The translations under genes were made by a program, and so were the position numbers. The notes under the pieces are model-generated. The model was given only the letters and a program-made list of their open reading frames with translations, did no database searches and had not been told where the DNA came from. A stretch of 64,000 nt of DNA from Rebecca billardiae RCC1528 (Eukaryota > Protista > Haptophyta): positions 868,001 through 932,000 of the forward strand of contig OZ251230.1 of assembly GCA_965240325.2 (NCBI GenBank), given 5' to 3'. Below are positions 44,556-55,560 of this stretch, piece by piece. The first letter of the stretch is position 1, and each line of letters starts with the position of its first letter.

Positions 44556-45422
44556 ATGCCGTCGTCGATGTGGGCACCGCTGCTCGATGCACTCTGGCCG
44601 ACTCGGCACGTGGCGGCCCTTGCCTTCGCAATACAGTGGGTCGTCTTCGCGCTGCACGCGGGGCCACGGCAAAGTGAGCACTACTACGACCTCACGGGCG
44701 CGGTCACCTTCCACGCGTGCACGCTGGTGAGCTTCTTCACACACCCGGAGCAGAATCTCGGTGCGCGTGGCGCGAGGCAGCAGCTCGTGTCGCTGTGCAT
44801 CCTCATCTGGAGCGGCCGCCTCGGCGCCTTCCTCTTTGCTCGGATCAAGCGTGATGGTGCGGACCGCAGGTTCGCCCGCATCAAGAAGGTTCCACTGCTC
44901 TTCCTAGCGGCGTGGAACATGCAGGGCTCGTGGGTGTACTGTGTCGGCTTGCCCGCGTATCTGCTCAACACATGCGGCAGCCCTGCAGCACCGCTGGGCT
45001 GGGTAGACACTGTCGGGTTCGCTGTCTGGGCCATCGGCCTTGCGCTTGAGGCCATCGCCGACGCTCAGAAGGCGAAATTTCGTTCCGAGCCAAGGAACCG
45101 GGACACGTTCATTTGCACTGGCTTGTGGGCCATTTCGCGGCATCCCAACTACCTGTTTGACATTGTGCTGCACCTGGGCCTGGCGCTTGTCGCCTTCAAC
45201 GGCCTCCCTCCATCGCAGCGCATGTTCGCAGCCGTGGCGCCAGCCTTCACAGTCACGTTCCTCACGTGCATCTCTGGCATCCCTCCGCTTGAGAAGAGCG
45301 CTGCGAAGCGATGGGGTCACCTCGACGAGTACAAGATGTACGTGCGTGACACAGGTGTGCTCCTTCCACGCTTGAGCTCGCTCGTGGGTGTGCTGCACAA
45401 GCCGCATGCCCGGCGCATCTGA
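44556..45422 (+). CDS. DUF1295 / steroid 5-alpha-reductase-like membrane protein
   Basis: EHYYDLTG, WSGRLGAFLFARI..G.DRRF, EAIADAQK, GLWAISRHPNY, SGIPPLE. Confidence 0.85.
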   Translation: MPSSMWAPLLDALWPTRHVAALAFAIQWVVFALHAGPRQSEHYYDLTGAVTFHACTLVSFFTHPEQNLGARGARQQLVSLCILIWSGRLGAFLFARIKRDGADRRFARIKKVPLLFLAAWNMQGSWVYCVGLPAYLLNTCGSPAAPLGWVDTVGFAVWAIGLALEAIADAQKAKFRSEPRNRDTFICTGLWAISRHPNYLFDIVLHLGLALVAFNGLPPSQRMFAAVAPAFTVTFLTCISGIPPLEKSAAKRWGHLDEYKMYVRDTGVLLPRLSSLVGVLHKPHARRI

Positions 45423-45666
45423 ACGCGCGGTTCTTCGATCTAGCTGATGACACGAGTACGACTCGTGCCGATGCGCGCACGACTCGAGACGGTTTTTTTC
45501 TTGCCGGCCTGCGTCTTGTCCGAAATACTCGACGCCGGGCAACTCGACCAGCTCGGCTCGGCCTGATGGCTCACGCCTCCGCCTCGGGCCGGAGTTCGGT
45601 CAGCGACCTCGGCGTGAGTAGCCGCGCGGCTGCCAAGACTAATTGAGCGCTTATTATAGCTATAGT

Positions 45667-46963
45667 ATGACCGCGTTCCGCGGTCCTTTTCTGCATAGAA
45701 TCAACGCAGTTGGGGGCCCGCGGTGGCCGTGCAATCGCGGCTCTCCGCCGTAGTGGCAGTTCGCCAGTTGAAGTCGGTTCTGAGATGACTGAAGCTATAT
45801 TACTTATTAGTCCGACCGTCGCCCTGCCTGCGCGACCGCGAGACTCATTCACACTTCACACAATCACAGCAGCGGACCTGAGACCGCACCCGGCACCGGT
45901 CGTCAAATCGGACGTCCGTCTGACAACTAGCTGCCAAATGTCCAACTGGCTGATCAGCTCGGATCCGACCCGTCCGCGATCGTGCCATCGGCATCGGAAT
46001 TACTACTAGTAGCTGCCAAACTGTGTCCAACTCCAAGATGGCTGATCAGCTCGGATCCGACCCGTCCGCGATCGTGCCGAGTGAGTCGTGCCGCGGAGCT
46101 CGGAGTACTGAAGGAGTCGGGTGTGACAGCAGGGTGCTTTAGCGCTGCGGCCCGTGCCAGCCAACGACCAGACGTACTCTGGCCACTTGACCCGTTGCAC
46201 GGGTGAGTGACCGTACGCCCTGCCTAGTGCCTACCGCGCGCGCCGCGCGACCGGCGACTCGGGGTGATGGAGAGCGGATGGCGACAGCAGCAGCAGTCCT
46301 CATGAAGACGATGAAACTGGCGGCACGGGTGCACGAGGTGGCAGGCGAAAGCGCGCCGACGAGACCGCATTTGACACACCTGAGCCGCACGCGCGTGCCG
46401 TCGCCGAGCCGGGCGAGCGCTGCAAACGCGCAACCGTACCGCGCGCGCCACGACGGCGCGGCACTAGCTGATGCAGGCCGTACTGCCGGCACTGCTTCTG
46501 CGATCATGCGCCACGGTCGCAGCTGACTGCGTGAGCAGCAAGCGGGAGGCGGGTCCGGAGGCACGTGCAGGCGCCGTCCCGCATATCCGCCATCGCCCAT
46601 CGTGCCGGGGCACGTCACCTCCGACGATCCGGATGTGGCCCAGTCCGGACGTCACGCAATCCGGGAAGACGAGTACGATTCGCTCGTAACGAACCGTTAC
46701 ACTAATGTCACGTCCAGCTGACGTCCAGATCGCACTTTACTTAAGGGAATCAGCTGGGCGCGGTTTTTTTGGCCTGATAGACCTCTCAATGCGATCTCAA
46801 AAACTCGAAACTCGGTCTCCGCCAGCCCTAAAAATCGCCCCCCGTACCTTTTTTTCCGCCGCCCCCCGTCCCTTTTTTCTTGATCAAAGATCTTTTTGAA
46901 ACGTGGTTCGGGCCCGCTGGTGCGGGCTCCACGCTGCGCGCTCCGCCCTGCACCGCGGGCCAT
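45667..46963 (-). mobile_element. Helentron/Helitron2-like element, family A copy 3
   Basis: Same two ends, third distinct interior. Confidence 0.75.
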
Positions 46964-47518
46964 TATTAAGCGGCACTGCCAGCACGGATTCACGGGGCAC
47001 CGGACCGCCGGCGCAGGCGTGAGGCGACGCGATGAGTAAATAGTAATCATCATCGGCATGGCAGGCCATGGCTGACTACTAATTCCTGCGGAGCAGGCGC
47101 ATATCATATCATGCAGCAGCATGACGACTGTCGATCGACACGGCCATATCACTCATTCACTGCCGCCCGGGCGAGAGTGTGCCTCCGACGGCGCCGCGGA
47201 CACGAGTCCCGTCAGCCGGCTGCCGGGCCGAGTAACTAAGGCTTCAGTCTGTAACGTCGGTCACCGTCGACGGTCCGGGTCGTCCGGGTATTATTGTATA
47301 ATAATATCGCGCGCCTACTAATACTTGTCGGCCGGCGATGATGAATCTGATGACGATTCGCGGACTAACTGATGAGCTCGTACACCGGCTCGGAGTCTAC
47401 TCGCGCACTGCTGTCTGCGCCGAGCCGCCCGTTGCCGTTGGCTGATACTGATGATCGATGACGTAGCGGGCGGTAGCAGTTATAATACAATTTTAGTCGT
47501 AATTTTAATACATCGATT

Positions 47519-49414
47519 ATGGCGCACGCCCCCCCCCCGAAAGGTCTGAGCGTGAGCGAAAGCCGGGGGGGCGGCGCACGTGCTCCGCAAAATCAAAAAA
47601 GAGGATGCGCGCAGGATTTGGGGGATTTTTGTAGGTGGATTTAGGTGTGAGACCGCAGCATAGAGACCCCATATCGCTGCTCGTGATTGCGTTTGTACTG
47701 CTGCTCCTTAATCCTTGGATAGTAAGTAATAGAAGAAATCGGAATCAAATAGTAGGACGAAGTCATCTCTGATACCATTCTGATAGTCAAGATTCGTGTG
47801 TTGAACTGACCATAAAAAAGGTGAGATATCGAACTAATTCTCTGGATAGCTGTTCACTCCTCAGATTCATCAAAGCGACGCGATATGGTATTGCGCGGGT
47901 AGCTTGAATCGACGTTCCCGCGCGCCCTGGCCTTCTTGGCCTAATGTGGGTGGCATTCGACGTACCTCTATCTGCGAGGATTAACAGCTCTCTGAAAACG
48001 AGTGTGTCCTGGACAGCTTGAAAGGGGAAATCCAAATTTTGCGGTTTTAACCCAAGATTCTCATGCCCATATTCAGCATGAGTAGTCATAGGACAATTCA
48101 TCGGTGAACAGAATCAAGAAGCCTGGCTTCTTGATATCGAGATCCGATTCACAAAGCCAATCAGCGTGGTCTCCAACTGGCTTGTTAATCACCTGTAAAT
48201 TGTAAAGGTGATTAGTGATCACCCGCGTGATGTGATTATTGTGAGCAGCCTGAAACCATAATAATAAGCGCGAGTTGCGAGTCGTGAACCGTCACTTTTA
48301 AAATCGGACCCCCGTGCGAGGCGTCACGTGCCGCGCCACACCACGCGCCGCACGCCGACGCGCCGACGCTGCGCGCGTACGAGGTGGCGCAGCTGCTGCT
48401 CGAGGTGATTGCGCACTGCGCGCTCGACCCCGCCGAGCCCGCCGCGTGCGCCACCGCACCGCGCCCTCGTGGCGGACGGCGGCGCCCGGCGTGAGTGACG
48501 GCGTCCGCCGGGCCGCCGTGGGCGATGGCGCGCGGCGCGTGACCCGACGTACGCGGCGGCGCTCGGCCGTGCGGGCGCGCTCGCGCGGCTATGGACTCGC
48601 TCGAGGGAGCGCTGTGCGCGCTCGCCAAGCCGCCGCTGCCCGCCGCCGCCGCAAGCCGCAGGCCGCTCGCGCGCCGCGGCCGCGGCGAGGCGCGCCGGCG
48701 GCGGCGGCGTGGCGCGCTGCGGAGGCGCCGCTGCTGCCGCCGCGCGCGGCGCAGCGGCTTCTCGCGCAGTGGTCGGGCGCGGCGCTGTGGCTCGCACCAC
48801 TGCACCGCGCCCTCGTGGCGGACGGCGGCGCACGCGGCCGCGGCCGTGTGGGCGATGGCGCGCGGCGCGCGACCCGCGGCGCTCGGCCGTGCGGGCGCGC
48901 TCGCGCGGCTATGGACTCGCTCGAGGGAGCGCTGTGCGCGCTCGCCGAGCCGCCGCTGCCCGCCGCCGCCGCAAGCCGCAAGCCGCTCGCGCGCCGTGGT
49001 CCTGGCTGAGGCGGGCGGCGGCGGCGCGGCGCGCGCCGCGGAGGCGCCGCTGCTCGGCCGCCGCGCGCGGCGCCGAGCGGCTTCTGCCTTCTCGCGAAGT
49101 GGTCGGGCGCGGCGCTGTGGCTGCTCTGCGCGCAGCGCGGCTGCGCACACAACGCGCGTGCGAGCTCGCGTGCACCCCCGGCGCCGCCGCCCGGCTGTCG
49201 GATCTTAGTTGCGCGCCGCTCTGCCTCAGCTGCGTCGCCGTTCACACTGAGCCGAGCACTTGGCAGTCGGCTGACTCGCCAGTCAGTGTGACTCGGCTGC
49301 ACGGCGCATGCACCGTCCGACCCGTCCGACCGTGTCGTCACAAGCCGGCTGCTAGGGCCGTGCGCCCTCAACTTCGTTGTTCACTACCCGAAGATATCGG
49401 CGTAGCCCGATCAT
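47519..49414 (+). mobile_element. Helentron/Helitron2-like element, family B (full-length)
   Basis: 5' ATGGCGCACGCCCC; 3' GGGCCGTGCGCC, spacer CTCAACTTCGTTGTTCACTACCCGAA, imperfect hairpin GATATCGGCGTAGCCCGATC, then ATA; the first ~780 bp are homologous to 54715-55499 (inverted). Confidence 0.65.
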
Positions 49415-49639
49415 ATTACTCATCAGCTTGACGAGCGCGCTAGTATTGTACGACGTAAGCCTAGTGCTCGGACCGTGACTTCGCTCACTTATTATCAGTC
49501 CGAGACATCGTCGGATCGTCGTCGTCATTACATGCGCTGGCTGACTAATTATTATATATATTTTTCTTTGCAGGCGCATCATCAGCATCAATCAATCAGC
49601 GCATCATCATCAGCACACGTCGGACTCTGACATTGAAGT

Positions 49640-51556
49640 TCACGATCCAGAGACAGGGTCTGTCGGCGTCGCTGCTGTCGACGTGCTGCTCTGAGTGCAT
49701 TGGGGCGTGACATCTGGCGCCACTCTCGTTCTGCTCACACGGCCGTCGTTGCGCCCATGGATGACGACCGACGGCACGAGCGCTCCTCCGAGCTGGCCGT
49801 GCAGATTCGTAGCAACAGCGCCCGGGCGAGCAGCCAGCGTGCGCTGGCGGGACGACACGAGGCGGCCGAGCGAATTGGACGCCTCCGTCCCGGAATCGTC
49901 GTCGCCCAGCCACGCCGGGCCCCTGCAGATCTGGTGGAGCTCGTCATCGAAGCCGCTGATGCCGCCGGGATACGCCTCGATCACCGCGAGCAGCAGTTGC
50001 CTGTCCATGTCAAAGGCGCACTCGGCGGCGCGCGCGCTGAAGACGGGCGCGTCCGCGACGTGCACGCCGCTCTCGCCCGGGGTGCTCTCGGCCTGGGATG
50101 GCTCCGCCGCGGGCCGTGCGGAGCCCGCCGCGCCGCCCACGTGCACGACGCTCACCGCGGCCGGGCAGCCGCCCATCGTGAGGAACGAGAAGATCTCGAC
50201 GAGGCACCACAGCCGCTGTAGCGTGGTCGGCCCACGCAGCACGAGAAGCTGCGTGCAGCCGGCAACAAACACGGGCAGGTACGGGAGCACGTCGTCAGGC
50301 CTTCTGGTGTCCAGGCAGAACGAGTCGATCCAGAGCAGCGGCTCCCGCTCGTGCTCGCGCCGAAACGCGTCGCACCAGCTGGCGAGCGCACCCCACTTCT
50401 CGTGCGGGTCGTCGTGGTGCGAGTGGCACACAAAGCAGTCGACGCCGCCGAAGTGTGCGGGCTGCGACAGCGCGAAGCGGACATGGAGCGGGGCCTCCAC
50501 CTCCGCAGGCGCGACGGCCGCGGGCGCGTCGGAGGCTGCGCTGTGCTCGTCTCGCAGCATGAGAGTGAGCGCTCGCCGGGCCTGCACGCAGCGGAAGCAG
50601 CCCGCGGCCGCGTGCACGATGTCGTCGACCGGCCGGCCGTTGAAGATCGCCGCGAGCACTGCAGCCGACGAGGCGCCCTCGCCGCGCTTGGCCAGCCACG
50701 CCTGCACACGCTCTCGCACGTTCGGGCGCAGCACGATGAAGCCGATCACGACCTGCAAGATGTTGACGAAGGAGCGCTCAGAGCGCTCCTGCGTCCAGTG
50801 CCCGCTCAGCAGGAGCACGATGGCGAAGCCAAGCGACGACATCCCGACGAACAGCGTGCGCATGCCAAACAGCCGCCAGATCAGGTTGATGCGCGTGCGC
50901 GGGGTGATGCTCGAGCGCACGAGATAGACGAAAGCAGCGCCAGACGCGAGCAGCGCCACTGAGACATGGAGCAGGTTCTCGCCGAGATGCGCGCGATACA
51001 CCCAGCACGGCGGATTCGAAGCATGCTGCAAAGCTCGGCAGCGGAGAGCGCTCGTCAGCACGCCGTCCACGATGAAGGTGATGTGAGCGAGGGTGTACGC
51101 GAGGAGCGCGGCGCGCACGCAGTACACCATGTTGGCGAATCGCACGACGCGCGGCTGCGTCGGCAGCACGGCGGCGAGGAGCAAGAGATTGGATAGCTCT
51201 GCCAACAACGCCGTGGCGGGGCGCGAAATCGTTGGTACAGCGATGAGGACCAGGATTGGGACGATGAAGAGCACGAGGCCGACGCTGAGCGTCGGGCGCT
51301 GAATCAGCGCTGACCGCCGGCGCCCGGCAGCGCGCGCCTCAGACAGTCGGAACTGGAGGTGCGCAGAGGGCGACTCGATGGCGAACGCCAGGGTAGACGG
51401 TGCCTCGACGTCGTCTGACCCCTGATCCAAGCAGCGGGGGCTCGCCGCATCAGCCGCCGACGCGGGACGGAGCGCGATAGTTTGCTGCGTCGCAGGAGCG
51501 TCCGGCCGGACGGGCGACCGCCCACCGGCCGGCTCTCCGACGCCCTCCTGCTCCAT
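49640..51556 (-). CDS. Multi-pass membrane protein with a C-terminal TIR-like domain
   Basis: About 5-6 hydrophobic helices, then DCFVCHSHHD, LWIDSFCLD, VAGCTQLLVLRGPTTLQRLWCLVEIF (TIR-like with conserved Glu); ATG 51556. Confidence 0.7.
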   Translation of the reverse strand: MEQEGVGEPAGGRSPVRPDAPATQQTIALRPASAADAASPRCLDQGSDDVEAPSTLAFAIESPSAHLQFRLSEARAAGRRRSALIQRPTLSVGLVLFIVPILVLIAVPTISRPATALLAELSNLLLLAAVLPTQPRVVRFANMVYCVRAALLAYTLAHITFIVDGVLTSALRCRALQHASNPPCWVYRAHLGENLLHVSVALLASGAAFVYLVRSSITPRTRINLIWRLFGMRTLFVGMSSLGFAIVLLLSGHWTQERSERSFVNILQVVIGFIVLRPNVRERVQAWLAKRGEGASSAAVLAAIFNGRPVDDIVHAAAGCFRCVQARRALTLMLRDEHSAASDAPAAVAPAEVEAPLHVRFALSQPAHFGGVDCFVCHSHHDDPHEKWGALASWCDAFRREHEREPLLWIDSFCLDTRRPDDVLPYLPVFVAGCTQLLVLRGPTTLQRLWCLVEIFSFLTMGGCPAAVSVVHVGGAAGSARPAAEPSQAESTPGESGVHVADAPVFSARAAECAFDMDRQLLLAVIEAYPGGISGFDDELHQICRGPAWLGDDDSGTEASNSLGRLVSSRQRTLAARPGAVATNLHGQLGGALVPSVVIHGRNDGRVSRTRVAPDVTPQCTQSSTSTAATPTDPVSGS

Positions 51557-52008
51557 GTGGCGCCCCGCGGCCGGGCTGGAACGAGCTCGGCGGACGCGGT
51601 GGCAAGGGCCGTGGCAGTGGTAAATCTTACCTGGCAAAGGCGAACTCCCTGCTGCGCACCCCTTGGGCTGCGCACCCCTGCACCCACGATCTCAGCTGCC
51701 AGTCTGAGTACCCTCACTCACCAGGGTTGCGTGACGAGATCTCAGATCTAGATCTCCGCGCTTGGAGGGGCTTCCGGATTGGTTAAAAGTGGAGTCGCCA
51801 TCGTTCATGGTGCCAAAGGAATAGATGGTGCCAAGCCGGCCGCCCGGGCCGGGCTGAAAAAACCCGGCCTTCAATCTGAAATGGAAAAAGGCTTTTGATT
51901 TCAGATTGATGGCCGGTTTTTTTGTTTTTCCGGGCAGTAGCCAAGCGGCCGACCACGTGTTGCACGCGCCCGCCATCGTCGCTCGGGCCGCGTGTGCTCA
52001 CACCCGAA

Positions 52009-54558
52009 ATGCCGGAGGAGCCGATGGACGAGGTGCTCGCCGACGAGGAGGAGGAGCCCTTCCTCCCGGAGGATGATGACAGCGATGGTGAGCTCGAGCG
52101 GCAGTTCCCCATGCCCACCTTCAACAACACGCTCGACAAGGCCATCGTCGTCGATGGCCTGCCGCAGGTGCCTCCCGAGAAGACGGAGAAGCTGCTCAAG
52201 CTGCTGGAGAAGATCTTCACGCAGATGGGCCCGATCGCGGAGGACGGGATCATGATGCCGACTGATGCCAGCACCGGCCTGAGCAAGGGGTGCGGCGCGC
52301 CCTGATTGCCGCGCGCGCGCGCGCTCCCGCACGCGCGCGCGGGGCGGCGCGCCACGCGGCTCCGTGCGCGCCTGGCTCACACCACGCTGGCGGCGTGGGC
52401 GCGGGCGTGCGCGCGCGCGCGCAGCTTCGCGTTCGTGGAGTACGCGACGAAGGAGGGCGTCGAGGAGGCGCTCAAGAAGGCGCAGGGCTACAAGCTCGAC
52501 AAGAACCACACCTTTGTCGTCACGACCTTCCAGCAGGTGTCAGACTACCTCTCCACGCCCGAGGTCGCGCCCGAGATCGTGCCCCCCGAGTACGTGCCGA
52601 CGGAGAACCTGGACTGGTGGCTCTCGGACGACAAGGCGCGGGACCAGTACCTGATCCGCTGGGCGGACAACACCGACATCTACTGGAACGACCCCACCGT
52701 CGACAAGATCGAGCCGCTGTACGGCAAGAAGGGCTGGACGGACTCGTACGCCATCTTCTCGCCGCACGGCCGCTACCTCGCGTGCTTCCACCGGCTGGGG
52801 ATCATCATGTACGGCGGGCCGTCGTGGAAGAAGCTGAACAAGTACGGGCACGAGGGCGTCAAGCTCATCGACTTCTCGCCGTGCGAGGGCTACCTCGTCA
52901 CGTGGAGCCCCATGTCCCCACAGGCGCAGGTGCGGCGGCGCGCGTGTCGGCGGCGCGCGGCGGTCGGCGGTCGGAGCGTCCGCGCGCTGCGCGGCGCACC
53001 GCTCTGCGCGCTCAGCGCCGGCCGTCCGCGCGTCCCGCCGCGCCCCGTGCGCCGCGCAGAGCGTGATCGTGTGGAGCGTGGCGACGGCCACCAGCCTGCG
53101 CGTCTTCCCCGGCCCGAAGGAGATCACGCAGATGGCGTGGCCGCTCTTCCGCTGGTCGCACGACGACAAGTACCTTGCGCGGCTGGGCGACGACTGCATC
53201 CACGTGTACGAGGCCGAGTCGATGAAGCTGCTCAAGGACCGGCAGGACAAGCGCACGTCGCTCAAGGTGGACGGCGTCGTCGACTTCGCCTGGAGCCCGG
53301 CGACGAACCTGATCTGCTACTGGGTGCCCGAGGCGGAGAACTTGGCGGTGCGCGCGCGCGGTTGGAGCGGCCGCGCGCGCTCGGCGCGCGCTCGTCCGCC
53401 CGCGCTCACGCGCGCGACCCGGCGCCCCGCCCGGCGCGACCGCGCGCTCCGCGCCGCGGCCCGGCGTGCGCAGGCGCGCGTGACCGTCCTCGAGCTGCCG
53501 TCGCGCGTGGAGCAGCGCCAGAAGAACCTCTTCAACCTGCAGGAGTGCAAGCTGCACTGGCACCCGCAGGGCGACTTTCTCGCCGTCAAGGTCGACCGGC
53601 ACACCAAGACCAAGAAGACCATCTACACCACCTTCGAGCTCTTCCGCATGCGCGACCGGAACGTGGCGATGGAGGTGCTCGAGCTCGAGCCGAAGGAGAC
53701 GCGGATCCGCGCGTTCGCGTGGGAGCCGAAGGGCGTCAAGTTCGCCCTGATCTCGGGCGACGGCCCCAAGTTCGACGTGCACATCTACACGATGGAGTCG
53801 GTCAAGGGCACGTCCAAGCTGCGCCCGCTCGTCAAGCTGGACAAGCGCGCGGTCAACTCGCTGCACTGGTCGCCGCTGGGCTCGACGCTGCTGATGGCGG
53901 GGATGACGCCGCTCTCGGGCGACCTCGAGTGGTACGACACCAACGCGCTGCAGGTGATGGGCGCCGACGAGCACTTCATGCTCACCGACGTCGCGTGGGA
54001 CCCGACCGGCCGCTTTGTGACGACCGGCGTGTCGCACTGGCGGCACCAGTCGGACAACGGGTACAACGTGTGGTCGTCGCAGGGCAAGCTGCTCGGCAGG
54101 CATCTGAAGGACAAGTTCTACCAGCTCACGTGGCGCCCGCGCCCGCCGATCCTGCTCTCCGACGAGCAGGAGAAGGAGGTCCGCAAGAACATCCGCGAGT
54201 ACTCCAAGTGCGTGGCGCGCGCGCGAGCGCCTGCGCGCGCGCACCGCCGCCGCGCGCCCAGCCGCGCGCACACTGACGCCGCGGCGCGCGCCCCGCCGCC
54301 GCCGCGCGCGCGCGCAGGCGCTTCGAGGCGGAGGACCTCAAGATCAAGTACGCCGAGGAGATCGCCAAGCTCGAGCAGCGCAAGGAGATGAAGCGCCAGT
54401 TCTACGAGCTCGTGCAGGAGCGGCTCGACGAGCTCAAGTCGCTCAAGGCGGAGAAGACGGCGCTGCTCGGCGGGTACGACTCGGACGCAGACGAGCACTT
54501 CACGCTGGCCGAGGAGGTGGAGGAGACAGTCATCTCGACCGTCGAGGCGCTGGCATAG
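52009..54558 (+). CDS. EIF3B: Translation initiation factor eIF3 subunit B; 5 exons (52009-52289, 52425-52929, 53060-53347, 53474-54207, 54318-54558)
   Basis: RRM (IVVDGLPQV, KGFAFVEY, GYKLDKNH), beta-propeller (WPLFRWSHDDKY, KNLFN, FAWEP, WDPTGRF, WRPRP); GT-AG introns give a continuous frame. Confidence 0.95.
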
Positions 54559-54714
54559 TTGTCATCATGCGACGCCGCCCGGTCGGACACTGACTTCCGT
54601 GTGAGCCGAGTCGTCTACTACTCTAATAGTAATACTACCGGAGTCCGGAGTGGCCGGACTGACAGACGTCAGACACTCATGATCACCTGGTGAACACACA
54701 TTGTACGAGATGCC

Positions 54715-55499
54715 AAAAGCGACGGTTCGTGACTCACAACCCGCGCTCGTATTATTATTAGAGTTTCAGGCTGCTCAGATCGAATAATCGTCACGTCACG
54801 CGGCGGGTAATTGAGTATTGACACGGCGGGGCACTGCGCAATGACAGTGAATATGATTGGCGCGGTGATTTATTTACAGGCGCGGTGATTTTCAAGAGAC
54901 CACAGCATCACTGATTGGCTTTGAATCGGATCTCGCCTATCAAGAAGCCGCCAGGCTTCTCAATCTTCTTGATATTCTGTTCACCGATGAATTGTCCTAT
55001 ATGACTACCCATGCTACTTTATATGCCATATGGGCATGAGCATCTTGAGTCACAACGTACTACCGCAATCATTGATGTATTCCGCCTTTCAAGTTGTCCC
55101 CTTTCAAGTTGTCCAGGACACACTCGTTTTCAGAGAGCTACTAATAGAGGTGTCGAATGCCGCACCCGCATCCGGGGCCAAGAAGGCCAAGGCCTTTGTT
55201 GCTCGATTCAGCGAGGCGGACGAATTGTCCTATTATAGTATCGCGGAATAGTGTAATATGCTGCAAATAAAAGAGATTAATACGAGCAGGGGAATCGGAT
55301 AGCACGAACGCAATCGATCATGAGCTAAGCGATATCGTCTCATCAAATGCGTTGTTCACATGCACCTAAATCCACCTACAAAATATCGATCCCCAAAATC
55401 CTGCGCGCCTCGTCTTGTTTGATTTTCGGCGGAGCACGTTAGCGCCGCCCCCCCCGGCTTTCGCTCACGCTCAGACCTTTCGGGGGGGGCGTGCGCCAT
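54715..55499 (-). mobile_element. Family B element, 5' portion only (apparently truncated)
   Basis: Reverse-complement homology to 47519-48299 including the terminal ATGGCGCACGCCCC; no matching 3' end found before eIF3b. Confidence 0.7.
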
Positions 55500-55560
55500 G
55501 ATGCGCCATCGTCATCCGACGATGGCTGGCGGCACACGTCATCGCCGATAGCCGGTGGGG

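Noticed and set aside
47787-48101. Conserved small protein shared with 55030-55251 (PFQxVQDTLVFRELLI)
   Set aside because: The similarity follows from repeat DNA homology, and the frames are broken differently in the two copies.
47519-55499. One 8-kb TIR transposon carrying the TIR gene and eIF3b, bounded by ~780-bp inverted repeats
   Set aside because: No TSD, the two copies are noticeably diverged, and the left copy has its own 3' end at ~49414; two independent insertions fit better.
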